A stretch of 64,000 nucleotides of DNA from the human T2T-CHM13v2.0 reference genome, Homo sapiens. The position numbers were made by a program, and so were the translations under genes. How positions within the stretch are numbered: the first letter of the stretch is position 1; the number at the start of each line of letters is the position of its first letter. The notes under the pieces were generated by a model, which was not told the origin of the DNA, ran no database searches, and saw only the letters and a list, made by a program, of their open reading frames with translations. This document shows, piece after piece, positions 1 to 16,500 of this stretch. The stretch lies in NCBI RefSeq assembly GCF_009914755.1, contig NC_060931.1; one strand, 5' to 3'.

Positions 1-140
1 CATGCTAATTATCACTACAAATCAGACTTTTCTCTCTTAATTGTAGAGACAGACCTAATGCTTATGAATAAATGTTTGGATATATAAATAAAATGTTCCA
101 AAATTTTAATTTAATTGAATTAATGAATGAATTAATTTAG

Positions 141-418
141 GAGATAGTGTCTCACTTTGTCACTCAAGCTGGAGTGCAGTGATGTGATCATAGCTCACTG
201 CAGCCTCGAACTCCTGGGCTCAAGTGATCCTTCCGTCTCAGCCTCCTGAGTAGTTGGGACAATTGGCATGTGCCACCAGGCCTAGCTAATTTTTATTTTT
301 AGAGATACGGTCTTGCTATCTTGCCCAGGTTGGTCTCCAGTTCCTGGCCTCAAGCAATCCTTCTGTGTCAGCCTTCAAAAGTGCTATGATTACAGGCCTA
401 AGTCACCATGCCCAGCCC
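141..418 (-). mobile_element. Alu SINE, AluJ-like
   Basis: Reverse-complement Alu dimer (gctggagtgcagt...gctcactgcagcctcgaactcctgggctcaagtgatcc...gattacaggc...catgcccagcc), heavily diverged with J-type diagnostics. Confidence 0.9.
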
Positions 419-844
419 ATAATTTTAGATAATAGAACTAATTGTCTCACTTTTGGTCACAAAGAGGAAGAACCATGGACATGTACAGCCACTGTGAAAA
501 AATAATTTAGCAGAAAGAAGCACAGTGGACTGTGCAGGTGAGTATGTGGTGACAGTGAAAAGATTTTTGTTTTGTTTTTGTGAGTGATTTATTTAGAGCC
601 TTGTTTTATGTGTTGAATATTGACAAATAACTTTACTCCTGGTAGGAGATGGGGTTGGGGGAGGGAGGAATCATTTTTATGAATTCAGATATCTTTAACA
701 GTGTTTTAAAAATAAATTATATGTATTTTCATCTGAGAATGAATGATAGCATATTTTGGGAAGAAGTTAGGCAAATAAAAGAATGGGATGGGAAGAAAAA
801 GAAATCAAAGAGTGAGGGAAAGAGAAGAATTTAATCGTGCTGAG

Positions 845-1062
845 TGCTGTGGTGAGGGCATGGATTTAGGAATCTGTTTTTGAGTTAATGCTCTGCTCTT
901 CTCTAGTTGTCACTTTCTTTCACTGAACCTTGGTTTCCTCTTTTATAAAATGAAGAATGTTATTATGTAATTCATGGAATTGTTAATAATGAATGATACA
1001 TAACATATGCAAAGTACCTTGTATAGACTCTGGCACATAAAAATGCTCCCTAAGTGGCAGAT
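845..1062 (+). mobile_element. MIR SINE
   Basis: MIR core and tail motifs: ccttggtttcctcttttataaaatgaaga ... tgcaaagtaccttgtatagactctggcacata. Confidence 0.7.
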
Positions 1063-1533
1063 CTTCTACCTGTATTGCTTTCATAATATGAAAAGACTTG
1101 CTGCTTCTAAGTGGATTTTATGGCCCAGTGGTCTAGCTAGTTCATGTATTTTCTCTGATCTATGGGAAAATGCCTCTTTCCTGCGGTAGGGTAATACAAA
1201 TTGAGTTGATCACATTTCCTCCTGCACAGAAACCTTATGCTCATATGTCATTATTATGAAAATATAGAAATAGAATTGCTGATAGTGACTGTTTCTAAAA
1301 TAGTTAATATCTTTATTTAGTTTTGCAGATTAAAAAAATTTTGCCCTCCTGTGTTGTTATTTTAACTTCAAATAGGTAAAATGAATAGAGATGGTTTAAT
1401 AAAATTTTGATATTTTGGATGCTGTCTATAAATCTAATGTGCTTATTTGGTCCATCTTTCTTCATTTTACATCGAGGGATAGGCACTTCTACTCTTTACT
1501 AGGTTCAGACTGCTTATTTTAAAAGCTAAATTT

Positions 1534-1626
1534 TCTATCTCTACAATAGGAAAGAAAGGAAGTGAAGATACTTCATAGGAAATAAATGTAGTGAAGCCAC
1601 TCATTTTTTCCTATTGTAGAGAAAGA
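1534..1626. repeat. Inverted repeat / long hairpin
   Basis: tctctacaataggaaa (1538-1553) is the exact reverse complement of tttcctattgtagaga (1607-1622); pairing extends outward and inward. Confidence 0.9.
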
Positions 1627-1770
1627 GTCAAAGTGACTTCTCATTTTAGAATAACTAGAGATCTACTTTATAACGAGTAAAGAATAGAATATCTCTCTTC
1701 GAATTAAAAAAATTTATTCCATAGTTTGTTTTAGCAAACCCTAGCTTAAATGTCTTAAATAACACAATTT

Positions 1771-3842
1771 TTTTATTTTTTTAAGGCTTAATTAATATAA
1801 TTTTATATAATTTTTATTTTTAATTTATTTGAGTACACAGTAGATTTATCGATCTCTGAAGTATATGAGATATTTTGATACAGGCATAAAAATGCATAAT
1901 AATCACATCAGGGTAAATGAGTATAAGTTAGCTCAAGGATTTATCCTTTCTTTGTATTACAAATAATCCGATTATACTCTTAGTTATTTTAAAATGTACA
2001 GTAAGCTATTATAATCATTCTGTTGTGCTACCAAATACTGGATCTTATTTATTGTATCTAACTATATATTTGGACCCATTAACCATTTCTGCTTTTCACC
2101 CCCAGCCCCCAAACCATTCCAGCCTCTGGTAACTATTGTTCTACTCTCTACGTCCAGAAGTTCAGTTGTTTTAATTTTTAGCTCCACAAAAAACTGAGAA
2201 CAGATGAAGTTTGTCTTTCTGTGCCTGGCTTATTTCACTTTACGTAATGACCCTTCAGTTCCATCCACGTTACTGCAAATGACAGAATCTCATTCTTTCT
2301 TATGGCTGAGTAGTACTACATTGTGTATACGTATCACATTGTCTTTATCCACTCATCTGCTGATAGACACTTAGATTGCTTCCAAATTTTGGCTATTGTG
2401 AATAGTGCTGCAATAAACATAGGAGTGCAGATATCTCTTTGATACACTGAATTCCTTTCTTTTGGGTATATACCTAGCAGTGGGATTGCTGGATCATATG
2501 GTAACCCTAATTTTAGTTTTTTTGTGGAACCTCTAAACTGTTTTCAATAGTGATTGTACTAATTTACATTCCCCAGAACAGCACTTGAGAGTTCCTTTTA
2601 CTCCACATCCTTGCCAGAATTTGTCATTGCCTGTCTTTTGAATAAAAACCATGTTAACTGGGGTGAGATGATATATCGTTGTAGTTTTGATTTGCATTTC
2701 TCTGATGATCAATGATGTTGAGCAGCTTTTCATATATCTATTTGCCATTTGTATGTCTTCTTTTGAGAAATGTATATTCAGATCTTTTGCCATTTTTTAA
2801 ATCGGATTATTAGATTTTTTCCTATAGAGTTTTTTGAGCGCCTTACACGTTCTGGTTATTAATCCCTTATTAGATGGATAATTTCCAGATATTTTTTCCA
2901 TTCTGTGGTTTGTATCTTCACTTTGTTCATTGTTTCCTTTGCTGTACAAAAGCTTTTTAATTTGATGTGATCCCATTTGTCCATTTGTGCTTTGGTTGCA
3001 TGTGCCTGTGGAGTATTACTCAAGAAATCCTTGCCCAGTTTAATGTCCTGGAGAGTTTCACCAATGTTTTCTTTCAGTAATTTTATATTTTGAGGTCTTA
3101 GATTCAAGTGTTTAATCCATTTTGATTTAATTTTTGTAGATGACAAGCGATAGGGGTCTGGTTTTATTCTTTTGCATGTGGATATCCAGTTTTCCCAGCA
3201 CCATTTATTGAAGAGACTGTCTTATTCCTAGTGTATGTTCTTGGCACCTTTGTCAAAAATGAGTTCACTGTAGATGTATGGCTTTGTTTCTGGTCTCTAT
3301 TCTGTTCCATTGTTCTATGTGTCTGTTTTTATGCCAGTACCATGCTGTTTTGGTTATTATAGCTCTATAGTATAATTTGAAGTCAGATAATGTGATTCCT
3401 CTGGTTTTATTGTTTTTGTTTAGGAGAGTTTTGGCTACTCTGGGTCTTTTGTGGTTCCATATAAATTTTAGGATTTTTTTTTCCATTTCTGTGAAGAATA
3501 TCATTGGTATTTTGATAGGAATTGCATTGAATCTGTAGATTGCTTTGGGTAGATGGACATTTTAATAATATTGATTCTTGCAATCCATCAACATGGAATA
3601 CCTTTCTATTTTTTGGTGTCTGCTTCACTTTCCTTCCTGAGAGTTTTATAGTTTTTATTATAGAGATCTTTCACTTCTTTGGTTAAGTTAATTCCTAGAT
3701 ATTTAATTTTATGTGTGGCCATTGTAAATGGGATAACTTTTCAAATTTCTTTTTCACATTGTTCACTGTTGTCATGTAGAAATGCTACTGATTTTTGTAT
3801 GTTGATTTAGTATTCTGTAACTTTACTGAATTTGTCTATCAT
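1771..3842 (-). mobile_element. Old LINE-1 (L1MA1-4 type), 3' UTR and ORF2 C-terminal part; first piece of the host element spanning 1771-21020
   Basis: T-rich tail, L1MA-type 3' UTR (gagatattttgatacaggcat...aatcacatcagggtaaat), ORF2 fragments 2533-3628 ([45 protein letters not shown]). Confidence 0.9.
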
Positions 3843-4139
3843 TTCTTTTTTTCTTTTATTTATTTATTTTTATTTTTCCCATAGGTTATTGGTATACAGG
3901 AGGTGTTTGGTTACATGAGTAAGTTCTTTAGTGGTGTTTTATGAGATTGTGGTGCGCCCATAACCCAAGCAGTATACACTGCACCCTATTTGTAGTCTTT
4001 CATCCGTTGCCCCCCTCCCACCCTTCCTCCCAAATCCCCAAAGTCCATTGTATCATTCTTATGCCTTTGCATCCTCATAGCTTAGGTCCCACATGTCAGT
4101 AAGAACATACGATGTTTGGTTTTCCACTCCTGAGTTACT

Positions 4140-7100
4140 TCACTTAGAATAATAGTCTCCAATCACATCCAGGTCACTGCAAATGCTGTTAGTCCATTCC
4201 TTTTTTATGGCCGAATAGTATTCCATCATATATGTCAGTTTCTTTATCCACTTGCTGATAATAGGCATTTCGGTTGGTACCATGATTTTGCAATTGTGAG
4301 CTGTTCTGCTATAAATGTGCGTGTGCAAATATCTTTTCCATATAATGACTTCTTTTCCTCTGGGTAGATACTCAGTAGTGGGATTGCTGGATCAAATGGT
4401 AGTTCTATTTTCAGTTCTTTAAGGAATCTCCACGCTGTTTTCTATAGCGGTTGTACTAGTTTACATTCCCACCAGCAGTGTAGAAGTGTTGCCTGATCAC
4501 TGCATCCATGCCAACATCTACTGTTTTATGATTTTTTTATTATGGCCATTCTTTCAGGAGTAAGGTGGTATCTCATTGTGGTTTTGATTTGCATTTCCTT
4601 GATCATCAGTGATGTTGAGCATTTTTTCATATGTTTGTTGGCCATTCATATACAATCTTTTGCGAATTGTCTATTCATGTCCTTAGTCCACTTTTTGATG
4701 GGATTATTTTTTTCTTACTGATTTGTTTGAGTTCGTTGTAGATTCTGGATGTTAGTCCTTTGTCAGATGCATAGATTGTGAAGATTTTCCCCACTCTGTG
4801 GGTTGTTTGTTTACTCTGGTGACTGTTCCTTTTGCCATGCAAAAGCTCTTTAGTTTAACTAAGTCCCAACTATTTATCTTTGTTTTTATTGCATTTGCTT
4901 TTGAGTTCTTGGTCATTAAATCCTTGCCTCAGCCAACATCTAGAAGGGTTTTTCCAGTGTTATCTTCCAGAATTTTTATAGTTTCAGATCTTAGATTTAA
5001 GTCCTGATCCATCTTGAGTTGATGTTTGTATAAAGTGAGAGATGAAGATCCAGTTTCATTCTCTTACATGTGGCTAGCCAATTATCCCAGTACCGTTTGT
5101 TGAAAAAAGTGTCTTTTCCCCATTTTATGTTTTTGTTTGCTAGGTTGAAGATCAATTGGCTGTAAGTATTTGAGTTTGTTTCTGGCTTCTGTATTCTGTT
5201 CTATTGGTCTATGTGCCCATTTTTATACCAGTATTATGCTGTTTTGGTGACTATGGCCTAATAGTATAGTTTGAAATCAGGTAATGTGATGCCTCCAGAT
5301 TTGTTCTTTTTGCTTAGTCTTCCTTTGGCCATGTGGGGTCTTTTTTAGTTCCATATGAATTTTAGAATTGTTTTTTCTAATTCTGTGAAGAATGATAGTG
5401 GTATTTTGATGGATACTGCATTGAATTTGTAGATTGCTTTTGGCAGTATGGTCATTTTCACAATATTGATTCTACCCATCCATGAGCATGGGTTGTGTTT
5501 CCATTTGTTTGTGTTGTCTATGATTTATTTTTGCAGTGTTTTGTAGTTTTCCTTGTAGAGGTCTTTCGACTCCTTGGTTAGGTGTATTCCTAAGGTTTTT
5601 TTTTTTTTTTGCCACTATTGTAAAAGGGGTGGAGGTCTTGATTTGATTCTCTGCTTGGTTGCTGCTGGTGTATAGAAGAGCTACTGCTTTGTGTATGTTA
5701 ATCTTGTATCTGGAAACTTTGCTGAATTCTTTTATCAGTTCTGGGAGCTTTCTGAAGGAGCCTTTAGGGTTTTCGAGGTAAGCAATCATATCGTCAGTGA
5801 ACAGTGACAGCTTGCCTTCCTCTTTACTGATTTGGATGCCCTTTATTCTCTTGTCTGATTTCTATTGCTAGGACTTCCAGTACTACGTTTAAGAGGAGTA
5901 ATGAGAGCAGGCATCCTTGTCTTGTTCCAGTTCTCCAAGGGAATGCTATCAAGTTTTCCCCATTCAGTATTATGTTGGCTGTAGGTTTGTGATAGATGGC
6001 TTTTATTACATTGAGTTATGTCCCTTGTATGCCAATTTTACTGAGAGTTTTAATCATAAAGGGATGCAGAATTTTATCGAATTCTTTTTCTGCATGTATT
6101 GAGATGATCATGTGATTTTTGTTTTTAATTCTGTTTATGTGTTGTATCACATATATTGACTTGCATGTATTAAACCGTCCCTGCATCCCTGGTATGAAAC
6201 CCACTTGATCATCGTGCATTTTCTTTTTGATATGTTGGTGGATTCGGTTAGCTCGTATTTTGTTAAGGATTTTAGGATCTATGTTCATCAGGGATATTGG
6301 TCTGCAGTTTTCTTTTTTGGTTATGTCCTTTCCTGGTTTTTGTATTAGGATGATGCTGGCTTCATAGAATGAATAGGGAGGGTTCTCTCTTTCTCTATCT
6401 TGTGGAATAGTGTCAAAAGGATTGGTACCAATTGTTCTTTGAATGTTTGGTAGAGTTCTGCTGTGAATCCACCTGGTCTTGGACATTTTTGTGTTGGTAA
6501 TTTTTTAATTACCATTTCAATCTCACTGCTTGTTATTGGCCTGTTCAGGGTATTTAATTCTTCCCGATTTAAGCTAGGAGGGTTGCATTTGTCCAGGAGT
6601 TTATCCATCTCTTCTAGGTTTTTTAGTTTATGTGCATAAAGATGTTCATAGTAGCCTTGAAGGATCTTTTGTATTTCAGTGGTGTCAGTTATATCTTCTA
6701 TTTTGTTTCTTAATGTGGTTATTTGGATTTTATCTCTTCTTTTCTTGGTTAATCTTGCTAGTGGTCTATCAATTTTATTTATCTTTTCAAAGAACCAGGT
6801 TTTTGTTTCATTTATCTTTTGTATTTTATTTCAATTTCATTTAGTTCTGCTCTGTTCTTGGTTATTTCCTTTCTTCTGCTGGGTTTGGGTTTGGTTTGTT
6901 CTTGTTTCTCTAATTCCTTGAGGTGTGACCTTACAATGTCAGTTTGTGCTTCTTCAGTCTTTTTGATATAGGTGTTTAGGGCTATGAACTTTCCTCTTAG
7001 CACTACCTTTGCTATATCCCAGAGGTGTTGATAGGTTGTGTCATTATTGTCATTCAGTTTAAAGAACTTTTAAATTCCCATCTTGATTTTGTTTTTGACC

Positions 7101-7880
7101 CAGTGACCATTCAGGAGCAGGTTATTTAATTTCCATATATTTGCATGGTTTTGAAGGTTCCTTTGGAGTTGATTTCCAGTTTTATTCCACTGTTGTCTGA
7201 GAGAATGCTTGATATAATTTCAATTTTCTTAAATTTTTTGAGTCTTGTTTTGTGACCTATCATATGGTCTATCTTGGAGAAGATTCCATGTGCTGTTGAA
7301 TAGAATGTGTATTCTGCAGCTGTTGGATGAAATGTTCTGTATATATTGGTTAAATCCATTTGTTCCAAGGTATAGTTTAAATCCATTGTTTCTTCATTGA
7401 CTTTCTGTTTTGATGACCTGTCTAGTGCTGTCAGTGGAGTGCTAAAGTCCCCCACTATTATTGTGTTGCTGTCTATCTCATTTCTTAGGTCTATTAGTAA
7501 TTGTTTTATAAATTTGGGAGCTCTGGTGTTAGGTGCATATATGTTTAGGAATGTGATATTTTCCTGTTGGGCATGGCCTTTTACCATTATATAATGTCCT
7601 TCTCTGTCTCTTTTAACTGCTCTTGCTTTAAAGTTTGTTTTGTCTGATTTAAGAATAGCCACTCCTGCTTGCTTTTGCTGTCCATATGCATGAAATGCCT
7701 TTTCCACCCCTTTACCTTAAGTTTGTGTGAGTCCTTATGTGTTAGGTGAATCTCTGGAAGGCAGTAGATTGTTGGTTGGTGAGTTATTTTCCATTCTGCA
7801 GTTCTGTATCCTTTAAGTGGAGCATTTAGGCTATTTACATTCAATGTTAGTATTAAAATGTGAGTTACCATTGAATTCAT
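4140..7880 (-). pseudogene. Disrupted L1PB ORF2 (endonuclease/reverse transcriptase)
   Basis: Frameshifted fragments: ILTLNVNSLNAPLK, NIYAPN...GDFSTPL...SKIDHMIG (APE endonuclease), [16 protein letters not shown]...[10 protein letters not shown] (RT). Confidence 0.9.
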
Positions 7881-7963
7881 TCTGCTATTTGTTGCCTGTG
7901 TACCTTGGTGGTTCTGTTTTTGCTTTTTAACTTGTATTATTTTCTTTATATATCATGTGTGAT

Positions 7964-8970
7964 TTATGCTTTAAAGATGTTCTGTTTTGATGTGTTTCCA
8001 GGATTTGTTTCAAGATTTAGAGCTCTTCTTAGTAGTTCTTGTAGTGGTGGCTTGGTAGTAGCAAATTCTCTCAGAATTTGTTTGCACGAAAATTAGTGTA
8101 TCTTTCCTTCATATGTGACAATTAGTTTTACTGAATACAAAATTCTTGGTTGATAATTATTTTGTTTGAGGAGGCTGAAGATAGGGCCAAATCCCTTCTA
8201 ACTTGTAGGGTTTCTGCTGAGAAATCTGCGTTAATCTGATAGGTTTTCCTTTATAGGTTACCTGGAGTTTTTGTCTCTTAAGGTTCTTTCCTTTGTCTTA
8301 ACTTTAGATAACCTGCTGACAATGTGCCTAGGCAATGATCTTTTGTGATGAATTTCCCAAGTGTTCTTTGTGCATGTTGTATTGGGATGTCTAGGTCTCT
8401 AGCAAGGCCAGGGAAGTTTTTCTTGATTATTCTCCCAAATATGTTTTCCAAACTTTTAGATTTCTCTTCTTCCTCAGGAACACTGATTATTCTTAGGTTT
8501 GGTTGTTTAATGTAATCCCAAACTTCTTGGAGGTTTTGTTCCTATTTTCTTATTCTTCTTTTCTTTGTTGGATTGGGTTAATTCAAAACCTTGTCTTCTA
8601 GCTCTGAATTTCTTTCTTCTACTTGTTCAATTCCATTGCTGAGATTTTCCAGAGCATTTTGCATTTCTATCAGTGTGTCAAGTGTTTCCTGGAGTTTTGA
8701 TTGCTTTTTCTTTATGCTGTTTATTTCCTTGAATATTTCTTCCTTCACTTCTTGTATTGCCTTTTTTTGGATTTCCTTGCATTGGGCTTTGCCTTTCTCT
8801 GGTGCCTCTCTGATTAGCTTAATAACTAACCTCCTGAATTTTTTGTCAGGTAAATCAGGGATTTCTTCTTGGTTTGGATCCATGGCTGGTGAGCTAGTGT
8901 GATTTTTTGGAGTGGTTAAACAGTCTTGTTTTGTCATATTACCAGAGTTGGTTTTCTGGTTCCTTCTCAT
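7964..8970 (-). pseudogene. Disrupted L1PB ORF1
   Basis: ORF 8578-8970 MRRNQKTNSGNMTKQ... with coiled-coil EQVEERNSELEDK; remainder frameshifted down to a stop near 7964. Confidence 0.85.
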
Positions 8971-9914
8971 TTGGATAGGCTCTGTCAGAGGGAAGGTCTA
9001 GGGCCAAGGGCTCTTGTTCAGATTCTTTTGTCCCACAGGGTCTTCCCTTGATGTAGTACTCTCCTCTTATTCCCATGGATGTGGCTTCCTGTGAGCCAAG
9101 CTGCAGTGATTGTTATCTCTCTCCTGGGTCTAGCCACCTGACAAGTCTACCCAGCTCTGGGCTGGTACTGGGGGTTGTAAGCACAGAGTTCTGTGATGTG
9201 AACCATCTATGGGTTTCAGCCATGGATACTAGCACCTGCTCTGGTGGAGGTGGCAGGGGGGTGAAATGGACTCTGTGGGGGTTCTTAGTTTTGGTGGTTT
9301 AATGCTTTACTTTTGTGCTGATTTGGCCTCCTGCTGGCATGTGGTGCTTTTTGGAGAGCATCAGCTGTGGTAGTATGGAGAGGAGCTGGCAGTGGGTGGG
9401 GCCTTAGAACCCCCAAGAGTATATGCCCTTTGTCTTCAGCTACCAGGGTGGGTTGGAAAGTACCATCAGGTGGGGGCAGGGCTAGGCGTGTCTGACCTTG
9501 GACTCTCCTTTAGTGGGTCTTCCTGCAGAGTATTTGGAGTGTCTCCTGGGTCCTGCAGGAGCACTCTGCTTTCTTCAGAGGGTCTGAGGGTCTTCTCAGG
9601 ATTCCTTGTTAGTTCTTGCAGTCATTCTGGAGCTAAAATTCATGATGTGAGCCTCCGTACACTGCTCTGTCCATCCGAGTTGGAGCTGCTGTCTAGTCCT
9701 GACTCCCAACTGCCATAATCCTGAAATAATATCTCCTCAGCAATTCTTAAGGGCTATTGGCTCTCAGGAGGTGGAGAGTGACCTTCCTGATGTGATGTAT
9801 GACATTATTTTATTTGCATATGTTGAACCATGATTTTGTTGAATTCAGTTTGCAAGTATTTTATTGAGGACCTTCCTGAAATAGTTTCCAAAGACTCCTG
9901 TCCTCTAGAAGGAT

Positions 9915-13542
<3,628 letters not shown>

Positions 13543-16500
13543 ATTTTTTTCTTCAACTTTTATTTAAAGTTCAGGGGTACATGTCCAGGATGTGCAGATT
13601 TGTTACATAGGTAAATGTGTGCCATGGTTGTTTGTTGCACAGATCATCCCATCACCTAGGTGTTAATCCCAGAAACCATTAGCTATTCTTCCTGATGTTC
13701 TTCCTTCCCCCACAGAGGCTCCAGTGTGTGTTGGTCCCTGTCCCCACCATGTGACTATGTGTCTTCATCATTCAGATCCCACTTGTAAGTGAGAACATGT
13801 AGTGTTTGGTTTTCTGTGTTTGTGTTAGTTTGTTGAGGATAATGCCTTCCAACTGCATCCATATTCCTGCAAAGACATGATCTCATTGCTTTTTTATGGC
13901 TGCATAGTATTCTATGGTTTATATATACCACATTTTCTTTATCCAGTATAACATTGTGGGTATTTAGGTTGATACTATGTCTTTGCTATTGTGAATAGTG
14001 CTGCAATGAACATATGCATGCATGCATGTATCTTTATAATAGTATGGTTTATATTCCTCTGGGTATATATCCAATAATAGGATTGCTGGATCAAATAATA
14101 TTTCTCCTTTAGGTCTTTGAGGAATTGCCACACTGTCTTCCACAATAGTTGAAGTAATTTACACTCCCACCAACAGTGTAAAAGCATGCCTTTTTCTATG
14201 AAATCTTGCCAGCATCTGTTGTTTCTGGACTTTTTAATAATCACCATTGTGACTGGCATGAGATGGTATCTCATTGTTGTTTTGGCTTGCATTTCTCAGA
14301 CGATCAGTGATGTAGATCTTTTTTCTCAGGTTTGTTGGCTGCATGTAAGTCTTCTTTTGGAAGTGTCTGTTTATGTCCTTTGCCTACTTTTTAGTGTGGT
14401 TGGTTGTTTTTTTCTTGTAAATTTGTTTAAGTTTCTTATTGATGCAGGATATTAGACCTTTGTCAGATGGATAGATTGCAAAAATGCTCTCCCATTTTGT
14501 AGCTTGACTGTTCACTCTGATGATAGTTTCTTTTGCTGTGCAGAAGCTCTTTAGTTTAATTAGATTCCATTTGTCAATTTTTCTTTTGTTGACATTGCTT
14601 TAGGTGTTTTAGTCATGAAGTCTTTGCTTATGCCTATGTCCTGAATGGTATTGCCTAGAGTTTTTATGGTTTTAGGTCTTACGTGTAAGTCTTTAATCTA
14701 TCTTGAGTTAATTTTTGTAGAAGATATAAGGAAGGGGTCCAGTTTCAGTTTTCTGCATAGGTTAGTCAAGTATCCAAGCAAAATTTAGTAAATAGAGCAT
14801 CCTTTCCCCATTGCTTGTTTTGTCAGATTTGTTGAAGACCAGATGGTTGTAGGTGTGTGGTCTTATTTCTGAGTTCTCTATTCTGTTCCATTGGTCTATG
14901 TGTTTGTTCTTGTACCAGTACCATGCTGTTTTGGCTATTGTAGCCTTGAAGTATAGTTTGAAGTCATCTAGCATGATGTCTCCAGGTTTGTTCTTTTTGC
15001 TTAGGATTGGCTTGGCTATTCTGGCTCCTTTTCAGTCCCATATGAATTTTAAAATATATATATTTTTCTAATTCTGTGAAGAATGTCATGGTAGCTCAAT
15101 GGGAATAACATTTAATCTTTAAATTACTTTGGCCAGTATAGCCATTTTCAAGATATTGATTCTTCCTATTCATGAGCATGGAATGTTTCTCCATTTGCTT
15201 GTGTCCTCTCTGATTTCTTTGAGTAGTGGTTTGTAGTTTCCTTGAAGAGGTTCTTCACTTCTCTTTTTAGCTGTATTTCTAGGTATTTTATTCATTTTCT
15301 AGCCATTGTGAAAGGGAGTTCATTCACGATTTGGCTCTCTACTTGCCTGCTATTTGTGTATAGGAATGCTAGTGATTTTTGCACATAGATTTTGTATCCT
15401 GAGACTTTGCTGAAGTTGCTTATCAGCTTAAGAAGCTTTTGAGCTGAGATGATGGAGTTTTCTAGATATATGATGATGTCATCTGAAAACAAAGATAATT
15501 TGACTTTCTATCTTCCTATTTGGATATGCTTTATTTCTTTCTTTTCCTGGTTGCCCTTGCCAGAAGTTCCAATACTATGTTAAATAGGAGTGGTGAGAGA
15601 CAGCAAACTTGTTTTATGCCAGTTTTCAAAGGAAATGCTTCCAGCTTATGCCCATTCAGTATGACATTGACTGTGGGTTTGTCATATATGGCTCTTATTA
15701 TTTTGAGGTAGGTTCCTTCAATACCTAGTTTACTGAGAGTTGTAACCTGAAGGAACATTGAGTTTTATTGAAGGCCTTTTCCACATCAATTGAAATAATC
15801 ATGTGATGGTTTTTGTCTTCAGTTCTGTTTTTGTGATGAATCACATTTATTGATTTGCATATGTTGAACCAACCTTGCATCCTGGTGATGAAACCAACTT
15901 GATCATGGTGAATAAGCTTTTTGATGTGCTGCTAGATTTGGTTTGCCAATATTTAACAGAGAATTGTTGCATTGATGTTATCAAAGATATTGGCCTGAAG
16001 TTTTCTTTTTTGTTGTTGTTGTTGCATCTCTGGCAGCTTTTGGTATCAAGATGTTGCTGGCCTCATAAAATGAGTTAAGGAGGAGTCCCTCCTTTTCAAT
16101 TTTTTGAAACACTTTCAGTAGAAATTGTACCAGCTCTTCGTACCTCTTGTAGAATTCAGCTGTGAATTCATCTGGCGCTGTGCTTTTTTTGCTTGGTAGG
16201 TTATTTATTACTGTCTCAATTTTAGAACGCGTTATTGGTCTCTTCAGAGATTCAATTTCTTCCTGGTTCAGTACTGGGAGGGTGTATGTGTCCAGGAATT
16301 TATCCATTTCTTCTAGATTTTCTTGTTTATGTGCATAGGGGTATTTACAGTATTCTCTGATGGTTGTTTGTATTTCTGTTGTGTCAGTGGTGACATCCCC
16401 TTATCATTTCTGATTGTATTTGATTCTTCTCTCATTTCTTCTTTATTAGTCTAGCTAGCGTTCTATTTTATTATTTTTTTCAGAAAACCAGCTCCTGGAT

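Larger units (their letters stand above)
3843..9721 (-). mobile_element. Full-length L1PB (L1PB1-like) nested in the L1MA
   Basis: L1PB1-type 3' end (cataggttattgg...ttacatgagtaagttctttagtggtg), ORF2 and ORF1 remnants, 5' terminus (gagctgctgtctagtcctgactcccaactgccataatcc); TSD ctgaa(t/c)ttgtctatcat at 3826-3842 and 9915-9931. Confidence 0.9.

Noticed and set aside
650-670. G-rich run as a G-quadruplex
   Set aside because: Only three runs of three or more G; marginal and common
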